A stretch of DNA of 64,000 nt from Eledone cirrhosa (GCA_964016885.1 OZ024759.1:24986001-25050000); one strand, 5' to 3'; shown: positions 1-13,844, counted from the first letter of the stretch. Numbers and translations are program-made. The notes: generated by a model from the sequence alone, not told the origin.

Positions 1-1184
1 ATCAAAGTTAGCTTGGCTCAAATAATTGGAATTGAAAAGTTATACATACAGGTATTAAATTCAAAAATTATAACCATCCTAAAACTAAAAAGACCAGTTG
101 AGAGCACAAATAAATTGCTATGGCCATCGCTAGTGGGCATCCTCCCTACTGTAGAGGGCCCAGGGCAATTGCCCCCTTTTCCCTCCATTAAATCTGGCCC
201 TGACAGTGACTTTTAAATTTTAGCTTGGTCATTTCATCTGGCACATCTAGCAACCAGATGAAATGACCAAGTCACTATAACTCAATTACACTGATCCTGG
301 TACTTGAGCAGGGTTTATTTTATCATCCTTGGAAAAAATGAAAGGATGAAAGGTTAAGTTGATCTTAGTATAATTTGAGCTCAGAACTAAAAAGACCCAG
401 AACAAATACAGCATGGTATTTTGTCCGATTAAACCAATCTAATGAAATAATGAAAAGAAGAAAAACAAAACAAATTTAATATAATATAAAAAAATATAAT
501 TTAAAAAAAATTAAAAACCAAAATTCTAATTCAAACCAGAAATCAATATATAGTGAAATGTGAATTGAAATCAATAAAAAATATTGATTAGATGTGAACT
601 GGAATCAATAAAAATTATTGATTAGATGTTTGATTTTTCATTGGAAGATTATCAGTATTTTTTTTTTTTTTACATTTACAATTTTTCTTTTACTATCAAG
701 ATGTTCATTGGTTGATGATTAATATCAAAATGTTCATTGGTTGATGATCATGATGATCAATGTATGAATGTTGGATGATTTATTTGTTGTTGACTTGTCA
801 ATATATCATTTCCCTATCTCTAACTGACCTCCATAAACTCTGCATCTCATTCGTTATTACACACAGTATTGCAACATCTCTTGTAATATTCCTTAAAATA
901 AGCTCTTGATGGGCTTCTTCACAAAATGGAGAGCAGAAAGAGCAGCAAATCGTTAGCAAGCCGTCTTCTTTTTCTTTGCCTTCTACTTCTTCTCCTACCT
1001 CTTCTTGTTCTTCTTCTTCTTGTTCTTCTATTCCCCCTCCTCCTCTTCATCATTTTATTCTTTGAACCCACAACGTAAAGGGTCGTAAGTAAATCTATGT
1101 TGCAAAGCATATTGTTATATGCCCTGCCGATACTACCATTCTACCTCTCCTAATAATAACAACAACAACAACAATAATAATAAT

Positions 1185-1610
1185 TGTTTCTACTTTTGGC
1201 ACAAGACCAGCAATTATCCCAGTGCATTACTGGTACTTTATTTTATCGACCCCGTAAGGATGAAAGGTAAAGTAAACCTCAGCGGGATTTGAACTCAGAA
1301 CGTAAAGAACTATAACCATATGCTTTAAAAGCATATTGTCCGACGCTCTACCGATTCTGCCAATCCACCACAATAATAATAATCTACACAATAATAATAA
1401 TGTTTCTACTTTAGGCACAAGGCCAGCAATTTGAAGGGGAGGGGAGGGGCAAGTCGATTAAATCGACCCCAGTACATTACTGGTGCTTTATTTTATCGAC
1501 CCTGTAAAGATGAAAGGCAAAGTTAACTTGGGCGGGATTTGAACTCAGATCATAAAGGGCTGTAAAGCGTGGCGTCTGACCCTCTACCGATACTTCCAAT
1601 CCACCACCCT
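1185..1610 (-). mobile_element. Two tandem SINE-A copies
   Basis: Short and long variants of the consensus. Other copies: ~290-430(-), 12585-12772(+), 20227-20420(+), 26391-26573(-), 42938-43156(-), 44035-44458(+, x2), 60468-60656(+), 60935-61340(+, x2), 63032-63215(-). Confidence 0.9.
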
Positions 1611-1611
1611 A

Positions 1612-1654
<43 letters not shown>

Positions 1655-2809
1655 TATTCTATTAGACAGAGAATCAGGACATGGAAAGAAGAAAAATCTT
1701 TGTTAAATTAATGTTAACGATTGAAACTATAACGACTAAAGTAATATTTGTTGTAGACAATTTTAACGAAACAAATGCAAAAACAACTACAAAAAATACA
1801 AAAACACAAAAACAACAACAACACAAAAACAACTAACCCCCCCCCCCCCCCCCCCATACAATTGAATAAAGTTAAATATTCCAGAAATAAGTTGAATTTC
1901 ATGAACAACCAGCTGAGAATAGGAAAAATGGAAACACTTAATTACATCGTTGACTTAAGCCTAAGGCCTGTGGTGGTGGTGGGGTGATGGTGGTGGTAGA
2001 GGAGGTGGTGGGGGTGATGATGGTGTGGGGTGATGGTGATGGTGAGGTGATGGCAGTTGTGGTGGTAGTGATTGAAGAGTTGAGCTGAAGGAAGAGGTGG
2101 TGGTGGGTGGTGGTATGGTGATGGAGGTGATAGTGAGGGGGAGGCTCTGATGGTGGTGATGGTGGTGATAGTGGTGGTGGTGGAGGCAGTGGTGGTAGAG
2201 AAGCTGAGGTGAAGGAAGAGGTGGTGGTGGTGGATGAGATGTTGGTGGAGGGAGAAGATGAGGAGAAGAAAGAGGAGGATGAAGAGAAGAAGGGGAGGAA
2301 GATGAGAGAGAAGGAGGAGGAGAAAATTTAAAAGAAATAACTAGTTTCTGGTCTTTTGGGTATTGGAATTATTTTAGACTTAGATTGTCTGTAGCCAAGT
2401 TCCAAAATAACAGAAAATAACAGTTCCGGAAGAATCAATAGAACATAGAACAATAACAACAATAACAAAACAATGACAGCAACTATAACAATAAGGCCAA
2501 GAAAAAGAAGAACAACAACAATAATAATGCCAACAACAACATCAATACCACCACCAATAACAACAAAATTCAATTGATATTTCAACATGAAAATAAGTTG
2601 TTAAAATTTAAAAATAAATAACAAAATAAAAATAAATAAAATTTGAAAATATAAAAAAAAATCAAAAATAAAATAAAATAAAATTGCTGTTTCTAGAAGT
2701 GGAAAATAAATAAATAAATAAATAATGGAAAATATAAATAATAAATAAAAAGCCAACACAAAGCCCCAACAAAACAGACAAACATAGCCCCAACAAACTC
2801 CAACTGATC

Positions 2810-4005
2810 CAGCTGGATCTCTTAGTGAGACCAGCTAAGTTAATGGATAGTATCCAACCATCTTGCTTGGGGTCTACCCCTGGGTCTCCTGCCAGTTCGT
2901 TTTGTCTGTAAAATCTGTCCAGCGATTCTTTCCTGAGACATTCTAACCATATGCCGTAGTATTGGAGCTGTGATCTCTCAATTTGGAGAAGTAGCGGCTC
3001 TACCTGGAGCAACTCTCCAGCAATTCTTTCCTGAGACATTCTAACCATATGTCCATAGCATCGGAGCTGTGCTCTCTCAATTTGGAGAAGTAGCAGCTCT
3101 ACCTGGAGCAACTCTCCAGCAATTCTTTCCTGAGACATTCTAACCATATGTCCATAGCATCGGAGCTGTGCTCTCTCAATTTGGAGAAGTAGCGGCTCTA
3201 CCTGGAGCAACTCTCCAGCAATTCTTTCCTGTGACATTCTAACCATATGTCCATAGCATCGGAGCTGTGATCTCTCAATTTGGAGAAGTAGCGGCTCTAC
3301 CTGGAGCAACTCTCCAGCAATTCTTTCCTGTGACATTCTAACCATATGTCCATAGCATCGGAGCTGTGATCTCTCAATTTGGAGAAGTAGCGGCTCTACC
3401 TGGAGCAACTCTCCAGCAATTCTTTCCTGTGACATTCTAACCATATGTCCATAGCATCGGAGCTGTGATCTCTCAATTTGGAGAAGTAGCGGCTCTACCT
3501 GGAGCAACTCTCCAGCAATTCTTTCCTGTGACATTCTAACCATATGTCCATAGCATCGGAGCTGTGATCTCTCAATTTGGAGAAGTAGCGGCTCTACCTG
3601 GAGCAACTCTCCAGCAATTCTTTCCTGTGACATTCTAACCATATGTCCATAGCATCGGAGCTGTGATCTCTCAATTTGGAGAAGTAGCGGCTCTACCTGG
3701 AGCAACTCTCCAGCAATTCTTTCCTGTGACATTCTAACCATATGTCCATAGCATCGGAGCTGTGCTCTCTCAATTTGGAGAAGTAGCGGCTCTACCTGGA
3801 GCAACTCTCCAGCAATTCTTTCCTGTGACATTCTAACCATATGTCCATAGCATCGGAGCTGTGCTCTCTCAATTTGGAGAAGTAGCAGCTCTACTTGTAG
3901 TGACTCTCTGATCTCCAAGCTACACACTCTATCAAGTAATGTTACTCCAAAGACCCTTCGGAGGAACCTCAATTCGACTGCTTGTATTCGCGAATGTATT
4001 CTTGA
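2810..4005 (-). mobile_element. RTE (Rex3/Expander-like) LINE 3' fragment with internal tandem amplification
   Basis: Translation MRFLRRVFGVTLLDRVCSLEIRESLQVE.LLLQIERSQLRCYGHMVRM resembles the RTE RT C-terminal region; downstream AGGAGACCCAGGGGTAGACC (RRPRGRP frame). Confidence 0.85.
2930..3900 (-). repeat. 99-bp tandem array, ~10 near-identical copies, in frame (33-aa unit)
   Basis: CTCTACCTGGAGCAACTCTCCAGCAATTC recurs every 99 bp (2998, 3097 ... 3790); unit ELLQVEPLLLQIERSQLRCYGHMVRMSQERIAG. Confidence 0.95.
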
Positions 4006-5082
4006 TGATGATGTAAAAATGATGATGATTTTTTTTAAATCAGATATTGTTTAGAATGATCATTTGTAGTAACCAACTATTATTATAATCACCTGTGTCG
4101 GGACACACATTTAAAAAAATGTCACCAATGCTTATTTCTTAAGACACCTGTTGTTTTGTTTTCAACAGTTTTTAAAGGGAAACACAAGTTTAGTTAATAG
4201 TATTGGAGGAATGTAACAGGCAACTTATGTAATAGGAACTAGAAACATAGTGTTGACTGTGGTGGAGTAGTGGGGGTAGAGGTAGTGATGACATGGTGTT
4301 GATTGTGGTGGTGTTGGTGGTGATGATGATGATGGAGGTAGTGAGGGTGACATAACATTGACTGAGATGGTGGCGGTGGGGGTTGCTGTTGTTGTTGGTG
4401 GTGGTGTGGTGGTAGTGACATAATTCTGATGGTGATGGTGGTGGTAGTGATGATGATGATCATGGTGGTGGTGGTGATGATCATGGTGGTGGTGATGATG
4501 GTGGTGGTGGAGATGATGATGATCATGGTGGTGGTGATGGTGATAATGGTGGTGGTGGTGGGGTTATATAATAGAAACAGGAGACAGAAATGATTGAGTG
4601 TGGTGTGGGGTGGTGTGGTATGTGGTGGAGGACAGTATCAACTATGTCAAGTAAACTATAGAGTGAAATATTACATATGTCTACAGCATATGTGACATGT
4701 GTGGTAGAAACAATACACACACACAGACACACGCTCTTGATCTCTCTTACAGACAAACACACACACACACTCTCTCTCTCCCACAGACACACAAACGTTC
4801 TTACACACATACAAACATATCATCACCATTTAACATCCATTTTCCCAGCTGCCAAGGAATGTGCAGTTTATCATAGAACCTGTCAGTATTTGATTGGACC
4901 CATTGATCTCACACTCTACAGAGTACAACAGGTGGATATTATCAGTGGCACACGTCCTGGGGGTGTTGTCATGTCTTGGACATTAATAAAGTGTCAACCT
5001 ACCATTTGTTTGCCATGTTTTCGACAGATGGATGACCTTCACATCACAACCACTTTACAGAGTGTACTGGGTGTCATTTATC

Positions 5083-5426
5083 ATGTCACCAACACTAGAG
5101 AGGTTGTAGTGTCACCAATACTGGAGGGGTTGTTGTGTCACCAATACTGGAGGGGTTGTTGTGTCACCAATACTGGAGAAGCTGTTGCGTCACCAATAAT
5201 AGAGAGGTTGTTGTGTCACCAACACTGGGCAGGCTGTTGTGTCACCAACACTGGAGAGGTTGTTGTGTCACCAACACTAGAGAGGTTGTTGTGTCACCAA
5301 CACTGGAGAGGCTATTGTGTCGCCAATACTGGAGAGGTTGTTATGTCACCAATACTGGAGAGGTTGTCATATCACCAACACTGGAGATGGAGAGGTTGTT
5401 GTATTACCAACACTGGAGAGGTTGTT
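5083..5426 (+). repeat. 26-bp minisatellite (GTGTCACCAACACTGGAGAGGTTGTT) x ~13
   Basis: Direct inspection; abuts a minus-strand SINE-B-type tail fragment (5025-5085). Confidence 0.92.
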
Positions 5427-5974
5427 TGGCCCTTGTCACAACTCAAGAGTCTAGAATTAACATCACCTCCTACTCCATGGAGTGCCATTAGCAAAGTCCA
5501 CTCCCTCGTAAGTATTTCAGACCAGATCTCTGGTCTCAGGGCAGCGTTTCCTCTTTCTCTCACCAGTCTCAGGGGATCTGAAAAAAGATCATAAATGCTT
5601 CTCTCCATTCTCAAACTAAATAATAAACAGAATTTAGAAAAAAAAAAAAAAAACCTACTAAACAAGTTTTCTTTTTATCAAAGTCATAAAATAATAAACA
5701 ATGAAAATTCTTTCCAGATTTTATATCACCTAAAATATTTAAAAGAGGTTTATTATGAGTAAAATATACAATGTGAGCTTCACAATGGGTATCTGTGGTA
5801 TTAAAGTACAACTTAAAGTTGTTCCATATATTCCAGGGAACTGATGGGTTGGTGGGTAGAAGTGATGATAGGCAGGGACAGGAGAACAATCTTGAGTGAA
5901 AGAAAATGAATAAACAGCGATTTCTTTCGATGTAATTAATGGGAGAGAAGGAATTTCAAATAACAAGTTTGTTG

Positions 5975-6305
5975 CAAAACCCACTGACAGGAGACCCAGG
6001 GGTAGACCTTGAATAAAGATAGTTGGATTAACATCCACGAATGCAGCTGGTCTTGCTTGGGGGACCCAGCTAGATCAATTGCTGAACAGATGTGAGAGAT
6101 GACAGCTCTGCTACTACAGACATGTAGTTAGGATGTCTCGGGGAAAGAATCACTGAAGCTAACCAACAGGAGACCCATGGGTAGACCCCGAGCAAAATAG
6201 TAGAATAACAACCATGAGCTCAGCTGGTCTCACTTAGGGGAACCCAGCCGGATCAATTGGAGATAGTTGCTTCTGACAGGAGCTGCTGGAAGGAGTATTT
6301 AATGG
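5975..6305 (+). mobile_element. RTE (Rex3-like) 3' fragments, duplicated
   Basis: Two copies of AGGAGACCCAGGGGTAGACC ... CAGCTGGTCTC...GGG..ACCCAGC; same family as 2810-2940, 11840-12000 (-) and 46790-46990 (+). Confidence 0.7.
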
Positions 6306-6639
6306 GTTGTTGGGTAGCTGTGGAGATAGGCCGGGATAGGCAGAACAATCTCTAGGGATAGAAAATCAACAAACAGTTATTTCTTTCTCCCTGCAACTAC
6401 CCACATTCCTTTCTCTATTCCATTTCACTACAGCTTTGCCTTTCAACCCTGAATTTATTTATTTTTTCGTATGTTTCATTCTTTAACATTATTTTCTTGG
6501 CTATTTTCCTTTTGTGTTATTCCTGATGAAGGACAAATGCACGATACCTTGACTATGTAACTCATTCTTCTTCATCTAAGCATGAAACTAATACATATGT
6601 TATTGCATCCTCTTATTTGTTCATTTCCTGTTTCCTTGA

Positions 6640-6702
<63 letters not shown>

Positions 6703-6827
6703 ATATATATATATTATCAATACAGATTAAAGTTAAAGCAAAGAATTTCTGCTTTCACCCTATATGGGTTTATATATATACAATCCTTATTAAGCCCTCT
6801 CTGGATGTTGTTCTTTGTATTTATTAT

Positions 6828-6900
<73 letters not shown>

Positions 6901-7788
6901 CACAAGCACACACACCACACACATGTGCAAAATACTCCCAGCACACGCTGTAAAGTGGTTGGCACTAGGAAGGGCAACCATCCAGCTGTAGAAACCAAAC
7001 CAAAAACAGAACAAACAGCTAAGATGTGGTCACATGATCAGTCAACCATTCATGTGTGACAAACTGTCAAACCCATGCAAGCATGGAAAATAGACATTAA
7101 TCGGTGATGATGATGACTAATTATGGTTATACACACACATATATACACACATATGAATCTACATACACCCTTTCCTCTCTGTCTCAGTCATATACACACA
7201 TACATACATATATAAACATGCATATATATATATACACACACACCTCTGTCTCAGTCAAGTTGTCAAATTATATATACACATATATATATATACATAAATA
7301 CACTCCTTCATCTGTGTCTCAGTCAAGCCATATATACACACATATATATACAGTTATATATATACACACGTATACAACATGCCTCCTCTCTGTCTCAATC
7401 AAGTCATATATATACACATATATACACACATATATACACACATATATATACACACATATATATCCCTCTTCCTCTCTGTCTCAATTCATATACACAAATA
7501 GATATACACACATATATACACAACCCTACTCTCTGTCTCAATCACATCATATAACTCCACACAATTCTTAACAATTCTTTTTTAAACCAAAAAGAATAAT
7601 AAAAATTAAAAGAAAATAAAAAAGATCAATAAAAGGATTTGGTTCTTTATTTGGAATTTCATATTTTGGGAAATATTTTTAGAAATAAAATATATTAATT
7701 TCTTTTGATGAAGAATTCAACTGCCACTTCTAATATTACCAACCCAGTCCTAACAGAATTAAAAATATAAAGCCCCCAACCCCATAGA

Positions 7789-7828
<40 letters not shown>

Positions 7829-8479
7829 ATGTCGTATGTATATATGTGTGTGTATATATATCGTGTGTGTGTGTGTGTGTGTATATATATATCATATGTA
7901 TATGTATATATATATATATCATATGTATATATATATATATATATCTATATCGATACACACATATATACATATATATACACACATATATATATATACATAT
8001 ATATACACACACATATATACACATATATATACACACACACACACTATATACATATATGGGTATGAGTGTGTGTGTGTGTGCACATATCTATTACCCTACC
8101 TACCCCATCCCCTCTTATCTTTCTCTCTCTCTGAGTTAACTCTATCTCTCGATCTCATTTCCCCCCTATCTCTCACTATCTCTAATTTAACACTATATAT
8201 ATATAACTCACTCCCCCTCTCTCATAGCTGTATATATCTCCCCCCCCCCCTCTCTGGTGTAAATCAAATTCTAAGACATTTCATTATTTTAGTCCTATTT
8301 ATCGAATTCTTGAAAAAAAAAATTTTTTTCCTCTTCTATTTTTAGAAAGTCTCCGAAATACAACAAGAGCTGAGAGAACAATGATTCCACCCCTACCCCC
8401 TTCCACCATCCTGCTCAGCTTGCAACACTTTGAAGATTTCATTGGTTAAAAAAAAAAAATGTTTAATCTAGAAAGGATT

Positions 8480-8990
8480 TGGTTGTTTTGCATGATTGAC
8501 CCTTCAGAATGTCTCTCTCTTTCTCTTCAATAAGATCTGGTCATTGGTCATTGTGCTTGACTGACCCTTCATAAAAAGAGTGTTTCTTTCTCCCTTTAGA
8601 TCTAGTCAATGGTTGTTTTGTGTGACTGACCCTTCCTTGAAAGAGTGTCTCTCACTCCCTTCAGATCTGGTCATTGTAGTCGTTTTGCATGACTGACCCT
8701 TTCTGGAAAGAGTGTCTCTCTCTCTCACACTCCCTTCAGATCTGATCATTGTGGTCGTTTTGCATGACTGATCCTTCCTAAAAAGAGTATTTCTGTCTCT
8801 CCCTTCAGATCTAGTCAATGGTTCTTTTATGTGATTCACCCTTTAGATATTTGTCTCTCCCTTCTGATCTGATCATTAGTCATTTAGCATGGTTGAGCCT
8901 TTCTTGAAAGAATCTCTCTCTCTCTCTCCCTTTAATCAGATCTAGTCATTGGTCGGCTTGTGCGACTGGCTCTTCCTGAGAAGATCATCC
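8480..8990 (+). repeat. Degenerate ~60-bp tandem repeat x ~8
   Basis: Recurring CCCTTCAGATCTGGTCATTG...GTTTTGCATGACTGACCCTT...AAAGAGTGTCTCTC. Confidence 0.8.
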
Positions 8991-9991
8991 CTCACCTTAA
9001 ACAAAGACTCAGATTACATGACAGATCTTTATAAGCAACCAATGGAGGAAATAGGCATGACATATCAGTTCACCCTCTTCTGAAGTTTGACACATTAGTT
9101 TTGACCAAGTAAATGTGGTTGGTGTTAGGAAGGGCATCCAGCCATAGAAACCCTGCCAGATATAGTCCTATACGAGTGAGACACAGTCACCCAATCAATC
9201 TTGCCTCAAGTGGGACAATTCCTGTCTAACCCATGCTAGCGTGGAAGACTGACGTCAAACGATGATGATAAACCAAATGAAAAAGATATATGTATATATA
9301 CCAAAGACATATTCCATAGATAATGTCTATTGAGCTTGCTTATTCAGAAACACAAAATTCTAACATATTTGATATGTATATTTGTATATAATTTAAATAT
9401 ATAGCACAGATTTGACTGAAATTCACTGTGTACATATGAAGGAACAGCATGGCTGATGACCAACTATTAGAGTTTACACATCATAGATCCTGTTACTTTT
9501 AAAGAAAAGACAGATAGATATATCTTGAGAAGCTTGTGGCAAATTTCCTTTCAGGTTACTTGAATTTATGAATATCTCGATTAAAACGAATTTCCGAGTA
9601 ACACTCGCTGAGGTCAATGTAAGCCCCGGGTCACAGTTATTACCAGGCAGCACAGAAAATGTGAGCATTCGAAAGATAATTATTAGTTAAAGGAGCAGTT
9701 GCTTGAGGTAATACCATTACAAGTAAAAGAAGGTTATTACGAAATTAGATTACCTTAATTGTATTTCTATTAAAAAGTTTCTAGCAATGTGATTGCAGGC
9801 GTTCAGACTATACACTAGGTGATGCTATAAAATATCTCTTGGTATACTTTTATGCTTGGAAATATTGCTGTATTTATCTGTAAAGTCACTTCAACATAAA
9901 GGAACAAATATAAAAAAAGACCTTGACATTTGTGTGGCACACTTATGTGTATGTATGTATGTGTGTGTGTATATATATATATATGTGTGTG

Positions 9992-10252
9992 GTGTGTAGG
10001 AGAGGAGACTGCATTGGTATGGCCATGTGATACGCATGGAAGATGACCGCTGGGTGAAGAAATGCCAGGAAATCCCAGTGGAAGGAAGACGCAGTAGAAG
10101 AAGACTATGAAAAACATGGGTAGAGGTGGTGAGAGCTGACCTCAGAACACTGAAGCTAACAGAAGAGATGATGAGGGACCATGGCGAATCAAGAGATGCT
10201 GTGCTGAAGAGGATCCGTCCCACCCTTGCAAGCAGGAAGAAGCAGACGTAAA
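9992..10252 (+). mobile_element. RTE LINE 3' fragment (same family as 12047-12502, opposite strand)
   Basis: GAGAGGAGACTGCATTGGTATGGCCATGTGATACGCATGGAAGATGACCG ... CCCTTGCAAGCAGGAAGAAGCAGACGTAAAA; a shorter relic lies at 41127-41220. Confidence 0.85.
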
Positions 10253-10390
10253 ATCAATGAGATTTTGATATTATTTATTTTGAGAACAATACCTTAACAT
10301 CAGTATGAGTAGCTGGTTACAGCCAGTTTGAACAGAAAGAGGTGAGAGAATTCTGGCTAGATATGGATGGTTTAAATGCTAAAGGGTTAA
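10252..10390 (+). mobile_element. piggyBac-type MITE, right-end fragment
   Basis: TTTTGAGAACAATACCTTAAC...TAAATGCTAAAGGGTTAA matches the other three copies. Confidence 0.7.
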
Positions 10391-12046
10391 AGCCTGGTGT
10401 AATAATCTTTATCCACTTTAAATTTGTTTGCTACAATCTTTTAGGATAGACTTTCATCAATACTCAAGTATTTATAACACTCGTTGCTTGGAACGGGGAA
10501 GACAGAAGGATGTTTTCAGTTTGGAGAGCAAATTGTACAACACTCAAAAAGTATTAGGATTGAATATTGCTTTTGGCGAAATTCCATTCTTACATCGGCT
10601 GAAAATATTAAATCCACCTGTTACTCATCATTATAGATATTTCAAGTGTAGATATTTAGATTTGTCAACAAAGAAACTCCACGGTGGATTGAGATTTCTT
10701 ACAGGTGTAAATACTAAATCTAAATACCTGCTAATAAACCAATTAATTCATTTTTAAAGAAGAAATAAGTATGGAGTTATTATTAATCAAAATGTACAGA
10801 TATATATTTGGGGGAGGGGGAGGGGGCTAAATTCTATTGGAAAGATATTTAGCATAAAAGAGTCAAAGAGATTTCAGTGAGGGTTGTTGAACAGGTCTTT
10901 GAGAAACTTTCAGTGGCAACAACTACAATACAGGTACTCTTGTGAAGTTTAACTACTCCAGCAATTAGAAGTGAGGAGAAGAGAGGGCAAACACTTATGT
11001 ATTAAACTAGGGAGAGGGCAAATACTTTTATATATTAACCCAGAGGGCAAACACTTTATGTATCAAACTACACACACATACACACAGTCACACAGATACA
11101 CAGAGAGACACACATACAAAGAGAAACACACAGATACACAAACAGAGGGACAGATACACACACACACACAGATACAGAGACACATACACATGCAGAAACA
11201 CAGACACACATACACAAACATACAGGCACAGGAACATATACACAGATACAGAGACATACACACCCAGATACACAGACACACATACACTCAGACATGCACA
11301 CCGATACACAGACACAAACAGAGACATACACACACACACAGAGACATATACACAGATACACAGAGATTTACACACACACATACAAACACAGAGACTTACA
11401 CACACACACAGACATAAAATACAGAGAGACATTCACATACACAGACGTACGCACACACAGACATACAGAGACACAGACATACAAATACATAGAGACACAC
11501 ACACACACACATACAAATACACACACACAGACATACGCACACACACAGAGCTATACAGTGACACACAAATGACATTGTATATCAGTATGGAATGACAGTT
11601 CCATAATTGATAGGGGACCATGGTGTAAACTTAGATAAATCAATGCAGTCATAGAAATACAGTTTACTGATAACATAATCAGCAAGTTTAGGGTTGCTAT
11701 CACTTCAATATGGCTGCTTTTAGTCAAAGATAAATTTAAATAACCTCTTCTCTTTCTCCTTCTTCTCCTAGTTCTTCTTCTTTGCCTCCCCGGGCCCTCC
11801 CAGGAATAATTGGACTAGAGTCATCAAGCAAATCTTCCTTCCAGCCCAGCAGGTCCTGATAGAAGCAACCGGCTGTGATTGATACAGCTGGATCTCCCAA
11901 GCGAGACCAGCTGAACTCATGGATGTTATCCATCCATTTTGCTTGTAGTCTACCCCTGGGTCTCCTGCCAGTTAGTTTTGCCCATAAAATCTGTTCACGA
12001 ATTTATAAATAAAGTTTCCCAGTTCAAATCCAACCTTGTATTATAT

Positions 12047-12502
12047 CATCATCATCATCATCATCATCATTTTACGTCCGCTTTTCCCTGCTTGCAAGGA
12101 TGGGACGGGTCTTATTCAGCACAGCATCTCTCCACTCGTCACGGTCCCTCGTCATCTCCACCGTGAGCTTCAATGATCTGAGGTCTGTTCTCACCACCTC
12201 CGCCCATGTTTTTCGTGGTCTACCTCTACCACGTCTTCCTTCAACTGGCATTTCCTGGCACTTCTTCACCCATCGGTCATCCTCCATGCGCATCACATGT
12301 CCATACCACCTCAGTCTCCTCTCCCGTACACTACATTCTATCCCTCTCAGACACAGTTTCTCTCTCAACACATCTATGCTGGGTCGTTCACGCACATTTA
12401 CACTGCACATCCAACGGAGCATGCTTGCCTCATTTCTCTCCAGCCGTCGTATATCCTCTGCGGTTGCTGCCCATGTCTCACTACCATGCAGCATCGCGCT
12501 CT
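12047..12502 (-). mobile_element. RTE LINE 3' end (RT C-terminus, 3' UTR, (GAT)n tail)
   Basis: KSAMLHGSETW...ERRLRWYGHVMRM...GRRGRGRPRKTW...DRDEWR, ending CTTGCAAGCAGGGAAAAGCGGACGTAAAATGATGATG. Confidence 0.92.
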
Positions 12503-12503
12503 T

Positions 12504-12538
<35 letters not shown>

Positions 12539-12796
12539 CACGCATGTCACACCTGAATAAACATAATGAAAATTTGACACCTCATCCATCGGTAGTATCA
12601 GTAGAGGGTCAGACAACATACTTTGCAGCACAGAGTTACAGCCCTTTATGATCTGAGTTCAAATCTTGCCGAACTTAATTTTGCCTTTCATCCTTACGGG
12701 GGTTGATAAAATAAAGTACCAGTAATGTACTGGGATAATTTCTGGCCTTGTGCCAAAAGTAGAAACAATTATTATATATATATATGTGTGTGTGTG

Positions 12797-13106
12797 AAGG
12801 TACATGGCTTACAATGGTTAGGTTGTTAGTTCAATTCCAAGACACTTTATTTCACACTGCTCCAGTTTACTCAGCTGTAGAAATGAGTTGCAACGGCCCT
12901 AGTGCTCAGCTGTATCGGCCATTGCTTTTCTCTTGGACAACATCAGTGGTGTGTGGAGAAGGGAGACTGGTATGCATGGGTGACTGCAAATCTTCCACAA
13001 ACAACTTTGCCAGGACTTGTGCCTCGGGGGGGGGGGGGGGGGGAGACTTTCTAGGTGCAAATACCCTGGTAATTCGTGGCCAAAAGGGATCTTTACCATT
13101 TACTCA
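12797..13106 (+). mobile_element. CORE-type SINE with a different tail (SINE-C), head partly deleted
   Basis: CAAGACACTTTATTTCACACTGCTCCAGTTTACTCAGCTGTAGAAATGAG, then an unrelated body ending GGGATCTTTACCATTTAC. Confidence 0.7.
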
Positions 13107-13844
13107 TTACATGTGTGTGCGTGAGTATGTGTGAACTCCTGCTACTTATTATTATCGAATAGATGAAAGGCAAAGTTGACTTCGGCAGGATTTGAACTCA
13201 GGGAGAGCAGAGAGTCAGAACAAATACCGCAGATCATTCTATCTGATGTATTCAGACCATTTTGACAATTCACCTGCAAATATACCAGGATTGCCAATTG
13301 CTAAAATAAGGAATGACGGCATATCCCTGTAAAAGTCAAATTTCTGAAGCAACCCAAACTGTGGATGATAGCAACACTGAGGCTGTGACACAGCCAAGCA
13401 CTCTCTCAAGCAGCACCTGATACCTTCCTACTTCCAATGTTAAATCAACAATGTTGTCCAGACCACATAGAGAGAGAGAGAGGGAGAGAGAGAGAGAGAG
13501 AGGCTTGCAATAACTGTTCACCATGGTATATTAAGATATTAGTAACAGAAATAGTAGTTTTTATCTCCATGGTTTATTAACACTATAAATATCATTACAG
13601 GTAACCATTTATAGGCATAAGCTACCTGCTGGCAAAGAAATATACAGTAAAGCTATTAGCTTAATCTAAACAGGAATACCATGAGTAAGAATATGTAGAT
13701 ATGTTTTATTTATTTACTTCAACAGCAAAATATATTTATGTTACCTTATTAAATATATCAACAGTAATAGTACACACAGTTATCATTTTATATCTATATC
13801 TACACAATAAAAAAACAACATTTATATGTATATATATATATATA

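Noticed and set aside
130-202. Possible DNA-transposon terminus (revcomp CAGGGCCAGATTTAA)
   Set aside because: The partner end is outside the window, so TIR and TSD cannot be verified.
4677-5594. 305-aa ORF with Cys/His repeats (CHQHW..CC)
   Set aside because: Read-through of (CA)n, a SINE tail fragment and a 26-bp minisatellite; not a zinc finger.
10428-10757. 109-aa ORF in unique sequence
   Set aside because: TTG start, no recognisable domain, no convincing splice context.
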